DNA of 61,319 nucleotides, the filler included. It is 7 parts of 7 records of this genome, joined end to end, with 100 filler letters (N's around TTAATTAATTAA, not from the genome) between each part and the next. Parts side by side here need not be neighbours in the genome. Positions count along the whole stretch, not along the records: positions 51,498 to 61,319 come from SRR31147125_30961; 6 more parts are not named here. One strand, 5' to 3'. This document shows positions 53,896-61,319 of the stretch, piece by piece. The notes beneath the pieces were generated by a model. It was not told the DNA's origin. It worked only from the letters and a program-made list of their open reading frames with translations, and did no database searches. The position numbers and the translations under genes are program-made. How positions within the stretch are numbered: the first letter of the stretch is position 1; the number at the start of each line of letters is the position of its first letter.

Positions 53896-56255
53896 ATGAA
53901 TGCACGTATCGCAAACTTGAGGCAACATAGTCTGGATACCTCCCCCAGCCTTTCACACGAGCGCGCCGATTTGCTCACCACCTTTTACCGTGAAAATGAG
54001 GGAAAATATTCCACGCCGGTTATGCGTGCAAAATCTTTTTATTATCTGTGCCAGTTTAAAACCATCTACCTGGGAAAAGACGAGCTCATTGTTGGTGAAC
54101 GCGGTCCCGCTCCAAAGGTGGTACCCACCTATCCGGAACTGACCTGTCACAGCGTCGAGGACTTACGCATACTGAACTCTCGCCCAAAAACCAACTATGA
54201 TGTAGATGAGACATGTATCGAGGTCTACGAAGAAAAGGTCATCCCTTACTGGCGCAATCGCTCCATGCGTGACCGGATTTTCGATGAAATGTCAGAGGAA
54301 TGGCTGAATGCCTATAATGCGGGTGTATTCACCGAGTTTATGGAACAGCGCGCACCCGGTCATACGGTGCTGGATGATAAAATATATCATAAAGGCATGC
54401 TGGATTTCAAACAGGATATCCAACAATCTATTGTCAACCTGGATTATCTGAATGATCCGGATGCTTTTAACAAACGCGAGCAGCTCAAAGCCATGTCTAT
54501 CTCCTGTGATGCTGTTATTCTTTTTGCCAAACGACATGTCGACCTGGCCAGTGAACTGGCCGTAAAAGAAACAGATCCAATACGCAAACAGGAACTGGAA
54601 AAAATCGCGGAGGTGTGCCAACATATTCCGGCCCATGCGCCCAGGGATTTCCATGAAGCGTTGCAATATTACTGGTTCTGTCATTTGGCTGTGATCACCG
54701 AGCTTAACGGCTGGGATTCTTTTAATCCCGGTCATCTGGACCAGCATCTTTTGCCTTTTTATGAAAAGGGATTAAACGACGGCTCTCTGACGTACGAAAC
54801 TGCCCGCGAGTTATTGGAGACTTTTTTCATCAAATTCAATAACCATCCTGCGCCTCCCAAAGTGGGCGTGACAGCGGCAGAAAGCGGCACCTATACTGAT
54901 TTTGCCAATATCAATATCGGTGGCGTGCTCAGGGATGGATCGGATGGCTCTAACGAGATTTCTCACATACTACTGGATATCATTGACGACATGCATCTGC
55001 TGCAACCCAGCAGTAATATCCAGCTGTCACGTAAAAGTCCCGATGCCTTTTTAAAACATGCTCTTCGGGTTATTCGCAAGGGTTATGGATTTCCATCCAT
55101 ATTCAACTCGGACGCAGTGGTGCAGGAACAGCTACGGCAGGGAAAAACTTTGGAAGATGCCCGCGCAGGTGGTTGCAGCGGTTGTGTGGAAACAGGCGCC
55201 TTTGGCAAAGAGGCCTATATCCTGACCGGCTATGTGAATCTGGTTAAAATTCTGGAAATCACCTTGCACAATGGCACGGATCCACAAACCGGAAAGAAAA
55301 TCGGCATTGAGACAGGCTCCCCTGCTACTCTGATCACTTTTGAAAAGCTGTTCGAGGCATTTCAAAAACAATTTAATTATTTTATCGATATCAAACTTCA
55401 AGGCAACCAGATCATCGAGCGTATGTATGCCACGTTGATGCCGGCGCCGTTCCTTTCGGTCATTACTGATGACTGCATTAAAAAAGGCATGGATTATAAT
55501 GCCGGTGGCGCGCGATATAATAATACTTTTTTGCAACTGGTGGGCATAGGCAGTTTAACTGACTGTTTTTCAGCCTTGAAACAGGTTATTTATATAGATC
55601 AGTCAGTTCAATTGCAGGATTTCATAAAAATTCTCGATAGTAATTTTGCAGGACAGGAACCGCTGCGTCAGCGCTTAATGAACCGTACAGCCAAATATGG
55701 TAACGATGACGATAATGCCGATGACATTATGGTTGAACTTTTTCATGCCTTTTTTGAGGCTATTGACGGGCGTCCCAATACCAAAGCCGGCCAGTACCGG
55801 GTGGAAATGCTGCCGACGACCAGTCACATCTATTTTGGTTCCGTGACCGGCGCCACTCCGGACGGTCGTTTGGCAAAAAAACCGCTTTCGGAGGGCATCT
55901 CCCCTGTTCAGGGCGCAGATCGAAAAGGTCCGACGGCCGTATTTCAATCTGCAGCCAAAATGGATCACGTGAAAACCGGTGGAACGCTTTTAAATATGAA
56001 ACTAACGCCATCACTTGTGCAGGACGAAGCAGGAATCGATAATGGGCTCATCTTGTTCGCAGTTATTTCAAGATGGATGGGCATCATGTGCAGTTTAATA
56101 TTGTCGATGCTGATACCTTACGCAAAGCACGTTCCAAACCTGACTCTTACCGGGATCTCATCGTTCGCGTGGCTGGTTACAGTGATTATTTCTGTGATCT
56201 GTCCGAAGAGCTGCAGGAAGAGATTATTAACCGTACTGAGCACGAGGGATTTTAA
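53896..56255 (+). CDS. hypD: Glycyl radical enzyme, trans-4-hydroxy-L-proline dehydratase type (frameshift near 56040)
   Basis: FMEQRAPGHTV, WDSFNPG, AAESGTYTDFANIN, SGCVE, EAYILTGY, MLPTT; RVAGYS glycyl loop in shifted ORF 56073..56255. Confidence 0.88.
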
Positions 56256-56283
56256 TATTTAAATTTATTACAGGTTTTGATAC

Positions 56284-56313
56284 AAAAAAAAGAGGTCGCT
56301 GACCTCTTTTTTT
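56284..56313. terminator. Bidirectional terminator
   Basis: A-run GAGGTC-GCT-GACCTC T-run. Confidence 0.85.
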
Positions 56314-56355
56314 ATAACCTTTTTATCGATATTAACCTTTGTAAAACTATCTACC

Positions 56356-57608
56356 TCAAACTTTTACCACTTTATGCTTTTTCACAAATTCAGGATCCAG
56401 CTCAATGCCCAGTCCGGGACCAGTAGGCACAGTGATTTTACCGTCCTCTGACCGCAACGAAGATGTCTTACACTCCAACGGGATATCCGGATTAATGCCT
56501 TTGAATTCATGATATGGACCGGCATTTGGTGTGATGGAGATAAAATGGATGAGATACAAAAATCCCAATCCGGATCCGGAAATGTGCGGTGTACAAAGAA
56601 TACCCGCGGCCTGAGCCATACGGGCAACACGTGCGGATCGTACCATACCACCAAAATAAAACAAATCCGGCTGCACAATCTGTACGGCATCATTGCCAAT
56701 CAGCCAGCGGAATTTACGAAAACTTGTCTCCTGTTCTCCACCAGCAACAGGAATCGTCAACGCATCAGCTACCTCTTTTGTCTCTTCATGCCAATCAAAT
56801 GGGACCGGTTCTTCATAAAAATTATAGGAATACTCTTCCAGCAGACGGCCAATCTCGATCGCTTTATCCACGGTATAGGAACCATTGGAATCCGCATACA
56901 TGATCATATCATCGCCAAACGTCTTTCGTACCAGAGGAATGAGCTTTTCAGTCCGCCCGGGAGGGAAATCTGCGTTTTTTCTCATGCGGCCGCCGATTTT
57001 TATCTTCAGCGCTTTGGCACCGGTCTCCTCGATATTTTTTTTGATCCGTTGCACAGATTCTTCCGCGGTTTTTCCCCGGTAATTGTTGGCCCGATAAACA
57101 GCTACCTGAGGGCGCTCGATCTTACCGATCAGATCCCCTATAGGCTTTTTCGCAATCTTGCCCAGCATGTCCAAAATGGCAAATTCGGCCGTGGCAACAC
57201 ATATCCACAGGGCCAATCCCTGTAATTTGTATGTACTGCTTGACAGATAGATCTTATCACTCAGGGAATCCAGATCTCTGGCATCCATACCAATACATTG
57301 CGGCTGGACTTTATGCAGAAAAATAGGGTAAAGATATATCATATGCGCATTATTGCTTATGGAATAACCCTCTGCCCCATCTTTTGATCGAACGCGACAG
57401 ATAAAATTCTTTTTGTAACGTAATAACTCCATGGATTCAATAATAACCGGAGACGTAAATAAGCTACGGTTTAAAACCGGTTTGTTTGCGGCAGTATCCA
57501 GTTTTTCATAGGACACTGATTTTGTTTGTGAGGGTGTGCAACCAGCCATGACAAAAGGTGTAGAGGCACCTAAAGCCATAGTGCTTTTGAAAAATCCCGT
57601 CTTTTCAC
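56356..57608 (-). CDS. Mandelate racemase/muconate lactonizing (enolase superfamily) enzyme with Tat lipoprotein-like signal
   Basis: GTG at 57608 gives MKRRDF(frameshift)KSTMALG...MAGC; KIK, ADSN, YEEP, GGE, QPD, PH, PTGPGLG. Confidence 0.88.
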
Positions 57609-58161
57609 GTTGTTCCCTTTCACTGGTTATATGTATATTTTAGATCCTTTACAGGCACAAAATTATCCTATTATTTTTTATTTTACTACTTGTCTTTAAA
57701 AGATGCAACGTAAAAATGACTAATTTACTCTGGATTACACCAAAAATAAAAGATTTCTTGATTTATTTTCATTTAAATGTATACTGAAATTATTGAGTGG
57801 ATTTCATCAATAAATCGTTTTATTTAATTTTCTCGTATCATTTTCTACAAGCCAATTCTTTTTATCCTTTTGAAATAGTGTACAAAATTTGATATGATAC
57901 TTGCGTTCTTAATTTGTTTGTGTTAACTTTTAGAATAAATTCATTTGAATCCTGCATTCATTTATGGCACCCTTCTGGTGGTCTACATTACATATTGATC
58001 ATATAATAAAATTAAAAAATAAAACCAATTACAGACCTGGTATCAAAGGCACGGGGTTTAAAATTGGATAACAACTCTTTTGAATGATAATAAACAATTT
58101 GGATGCCCATAAATTTACACTAATAACCTTAAATTTATTATCAATAAAGTGGTTATAAAAT

Positions 58162-61143
58162 ATGAAAAATAGCATAATAATAACATTCCTTTTATGTTTC
58201 TTTATCCTATTCACAGCGAATACATTATTCGGTAAAAGTGTTCTTTTAAACGGTACATGGCAATTTGGTGAAAACAGGGATTATTCCGATAGCATGGATA
58301 TACCCGGTATAGCCACCAATCCGGCCAGAATGAATGATGCCCCACTCTGGTTTAAAAAAGAGATTCGTTTACCGGATGGAGACTGGACACATGCAACTTT
58401 AATATTAAAAGGTGCCCTTTTTAGTCCGGCTGTTTATATCAACAATGTAAAAATATCCCAACAGAATGGTGGCATGGCTCCGACCTATTTTCCTTTACAG
58501 CATAGCGCGATAAAACCAAATCAAAAGGTCACCCTGGAAATCTCTTTAGAATCCTTGAGAGACATATCGGAATCTGATGCCTCCTATGTCCCAACAGCCA
58601 ACCACTGGCGTTCCAATATATCTTCTCTGATCTGGGACGATGTGATTCTAAAAACTCACGGTGAGTTCCGTATTTCACGTATAATTCCCTTCACAGACAT
58701 TCAGAATGACCGGGTAAAAGTGGCGTGGGAGTTGGAGCGCTATACGAAAAATTTAAATACCCCAGATCAAATCGTTTGTGAAATCCTGGATCAGAAAGGA
58801 ATACCTGTTGTTCAAAATCAAAAAACCATTCATAGTCTGAGTGGTCATATTAAAGTTCCATTCGATGGAAAATGCAAGCTGTGGTCTCCTGAAAATCCAA
58901 ACTTGTACAAATTGAAACTCACCCTGAAATCCAGCCAGCGTGTAATAGACAGCGAGGTGATCGCTTACGGAGTGAAAACATTTCGTACCGACGCACTTGG
59001 CTTTAAACTGAACGATAATCCGTATAAAGTAAGAGCAGGCACAGTGGTCTGGCATCGATGGATTCGTGATCCTGAAGCAAAGTACATTGCCTTTGACGAG
59101 GAATGGTTCAGGCACAATGTAGTACAACGACTTAAAGATCATGGCGCTAATACACTTCGTTTTCATCTGGGCAATCCACCGGAAAAATTGCTCGATCTGT
59201 GTGACAAATATGGATTGCTAGTTCAGTACGAATGGAGTTTTTTTCATGGTATGCCTGCTTCAAAGGAGAGCCTGCTCGAACAATGGAAAAACTGGTTCGA
59301 TCTGGGCATGCGGCATCCTTCCGTGGCACTCATCCATCCCTATAATGAAACGAGTGGCAAGGAGCTTGATATTGCCTGGTCAGCGCTGGATCAGTTGGTT
59401 GCAGACTATCCTCCCCTCGTATTGGAAGAAAGGGATGTCCTTCACGTCCATAAATACTGGTGGAGTATGTTTGAAAACGTCGGTCTCTACTATGACACGG
59501 CTTCTGAATTTCCTAAACCAATTATGGTAGATGAATTTGGTGGCAATTATCTTGATGGCTATGGAAACCCAGGTGGATATAAAACATTAAAAGGATCCTA
59601 TTTACGATATTGCGGACGGAACCAAACCCCTGCAACACGGATGTATCACCATACCATATCGAATTCACGGATTGCCGAATACTGGCGCAGAATCGGAGCA
59701 GCCGGATTTTCACCCTTTTGTATTTTGGGCAGCCGCGAAGATGGTAATCACTGGTATCTCGGACAGCTAAAAAATGGTTTGCCCAAAGATGTATGGAATG
59801 CATTAACTGCAGCTTATTCACCTGTTTCCGTGAGTCTGGAAATATGGGATAGAAATTTTACCCCGGGTCAAAACGTACAAATTCCGCTTTATGTTTTCAA
59901 TGACAGTGATGAGACGGCATATATGGATGTCACAATCTTTATTGAAACGGAAAGTGGCAAACGGCTTGGTGAAATTTTGATTCATGAGAAATTGCCGGCA
60001 TTTCAAAATAAAATCCGTAACATTTCCCTCAAACTGCCTGAAAAACAGGGCCGTTTTACCTTTAAAGCCATACTGTTAAATCCACCTGAAACGGTCAAAT
60101 ATTCTGTTATTTCAGAATGGGATTTTAGAATATTAAAAGAGGTTGTACCAAGTAATATCCAAAACGCAATTATAGGCATTCAAAGAGATGAGCTGGAATT
60201 AATATCTTTTCTAGAGTCGAATCATATATCGATTGTAGATATTGATAATGAGGAAGCGGATATCATTCTTGGATCAGCAAAAACATGGGATAAACTTGTT
60301 TCATCTGCTGAGAAAAGAAAGGATCTCTATCAATCTGTTCAATCAGGAAAATCCCTTGTTTTATTAAATATTGGACCGCACTATTTGGGGCAGGGCTATT
60401 CTGAGGATCCAAACATTCGTTATGGTTTCATACAGTCGGGTAGCAAAATCAAAGAACCGGAAGTCAAATCACTGGAGCTTTTCGGCGGTGTCAAATTAAA
60501 ATTTACGACAATTGCAGAGCCGGAAAGTCACATTCATCCTGCGAAAGGGCACATAAATCTATGGGCTAATTTAGAACAAGATTATACGTGGTTATGGAAT
60601 GGTCTACGTGGCGGTATCATTGCACCCGCTGTGGACATGGAGTTCTCCGGATTAAGTGCTGAGGGTATTCTTGCTCAATGGACGTCCCGTGGTGCCGATA
60701 AGAACATGTTTAAAGAAAAAGAGTACTTTGCTTATGATTTGCAAGGATTTTATGCCTTTTCCTCAAAAAGAAATGATAATAACGTAAAACAAAAATTAAG
60801 AGATAGGGTACAATTCCTCGTAGATGATGCGCCCGCTTTAGCACCATCTATAAATGCGGACGCAGAAATCATCATGATAGATTTGATCAATAAATTCAAC
60901 AGGAGCTCATCGGCAAAAGCTAAAAAATTCACTCCATTAATCAATTGCGGTTATAACCTGACAAGAACACCAGTTGTGAAAATTGATTTTGACGAGCATC
61001 AAGGTTCTGCCATTCTCTCACAACTTGTTACTGAGGGAAGACTGGTTAAAGGATTTGGTGAATCCGGTTTGTATGGAAAACGTTATGATCCGGTTGCCGC
61101 TCAGCTTGTTCTCAATTTGCTCAACAAAGTCCTTAAAAATTAA
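58162..61143 (+). CDS. Secreted glycoside hydrolase family 2-like protein
   Basis: Signal peptide, LNGTWQF, LWSPENPNLY, ANTLRFH, CDKYGLLV, HPS...YNE, DEFGG. Confidence 0.85.
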   Translation: MKNSIIITFLLCFFILFTANTLFGKSVLLNGTWQFGENRDYSDSMDIPGIATNPARMNDAPLWFKKEIRLPDGDWTHATLILKGALFSPAVYINNVKISQQNGGMAPTYFPLQHSAIKPNQKVTLEISLESLRDISESDASYVPTANHWRSNISSLIWDDVILKTHGEFRISRIIPFTDIQNDRVKVAWELERYTKNLNTPDQIVCEILDQKGIPVVQNQKTIHSLSGHIKVPFDGKCKLWSPENPNLYKLKLTLKSSQRVIDSEVIAYGVKTFRTDALGFKLNDNPYKVRAGTVVWHRWIRDPEAKYIAFDEEWFRHNVVQRLKDHGANTLRFHLGNPPEKLLDLCDKYGLLVQYEWSFFHGMPASKESLLEQWKNWFDLGMRHPSVALIHPYNETSGKELDIAWSALDQLVADYPPLVLEERDVLHVHKYWWSMFENVGLYYDTASEFPKPIMVDEFGGNYLDGYGNPGGYKTLKGSYLRYCGRNQTPATRMYHHTISNSRIAEYWRRIGAAGFSPFCILGSREDGNHWYLGQLKNGLPKDVWNALTAAYSPVSVSLEIWDRNFTPGQNVQIPLYVFNDSDETAYMDVTIFIETESGKRLGEILIHEKLPAFQNKIRNISLKLPEKQGRFTFKAILLNPPETVKYSVISEWDFRILKEVVPSNIQNAIIGIQRDELELISFLESNHISIVDIDNEEADIILGSAKTWDKLVSSAEKRKDLYQSVQSGKSLVLLNIGPHYLGQGYSEDPNIRYGFIQSGSKIKEPEVKSLELFGGVKLKFTTIAEPESHIHPAKGHINLWANLEQDYTWLWNGLRGGIIAPAVDMEFSGLSAEGILAQWTSRGADKNMFKEKEYFAYDLQGFYAFSSKRNDNNVKQKLRDRVQFLVDDAPALAPSINADAEIIMIDLINKFNRSSSAKAKKFTPLINCGYNLTRTPVVKIDFDEHQGSAILSQLVTEGRLVKGFGESGLYGKRYDPVAAQLVLNLLNKVLKN

Positions 61144-61319
61144 CTTTATTTCCTGAAATATTGGATATAATATTTAAAAATAGTGATCCCTATGTAATTC
61201 TACAGGAATGAATATAAATCACATTTCCAATCCATGATTAGGTAAAAAATTGATTATCTCATTTTTTATCAATATTTAACTCGGATTTTTCTAGCCTGCA
61301 TTATTCATAAACTTTAAAG

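Noticed and set aside
26727-56255. ProC-like gene as the partner of HypD
   Set aside because: They are on different contigs that probably come from different organisms
56509-57225. 238-aa plus-strand ORF and other antisense or nested ORFs in the track
   Set aside because: Shadow frames of well-supported genes, without recognisable motifs
312-57608. Many split genes (degV, nadE, hypD, arsG, yabM, ABC exporter, rSAM and others) as pseudogenes or programmed frameshifts
   Set aside because: Breaks fall mostly in homopolymer runs, occur in all seven contigs and hit housekeeping genes; best explained by sequencing indels
1-61319. CRISPR array, cas genes, integrases, reverse transcriptases or phage genes
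   Set aside because: No regularly spaced repeats or matching protein motifs were seen

Overview
This window is not one locus. It is seven unrelated contigs joined by six 100-nt N spacers, each containing the linker TTAATTAATTAA, so gene neighbourhoods only mean something within a contig. Many genes are split by single-base indels, mostly in homopolymer runs, which look like sequencing errors. Contig 1 (1-6326, Bacteroidota-like) is a bacteriocin/RiPP-type export locus: possible precursor tail, small membrane protein, thioredoxin-like protein, C39-peptidase ABC transporter, O-antigen-ligase/TPR protein. Contig 2 (6427-13488, very AT-rich) holds a co-oriented radical SAM/SPASM - ABC exporter - HlyD - ChaN/EreA/TIKI-like TPR lipoprotein - ATP-grasp - GNAT-like cluster that runs into an IS21-like end. 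Contig 3 (13589-21808, Clostridia-like) has EAL, DegV, a membrane protein, hup-yabN-yabM-spoVT and a c-di-GMP-I riboswitch ahead of a repeat-containing exported protein. Contig 4 (21909-27143, Bacteroidota-like) is an arsR-arsE-arsF-arsG-arsP-like operon extended by a Tat-exported diheme C-GCAxxG-C-C protein, TauE and a ProC-like gene. Contig 5 (27244-42762, FCB/KSB1-like) has a sigma54-type operon of secreted emfourin/BsuPI, DUF3160 and VIT-vWA proteins, plus nadE, an acyl-CoA ligase, an MBL hydrolase and a PQQ-propeller/malectin protein. Contig 6 (42863-51397, low-GC anaerobe) has a tRNA end, FadR, an APC permease with a deletion scar, an MCP, a glycosyltransferase and an esterase. Contig 7 (51498-61319) has the glycyl radical enzyme HypD with its activase, an enolase-superfamily enzyme and a GH2. 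The best candidates for an undescribed system are the contig 2 cluster and the contig 5 secreted protease-inhibitor-like operon. All family and taxonomy calls come from motifs recognised by eye; no searches were run.
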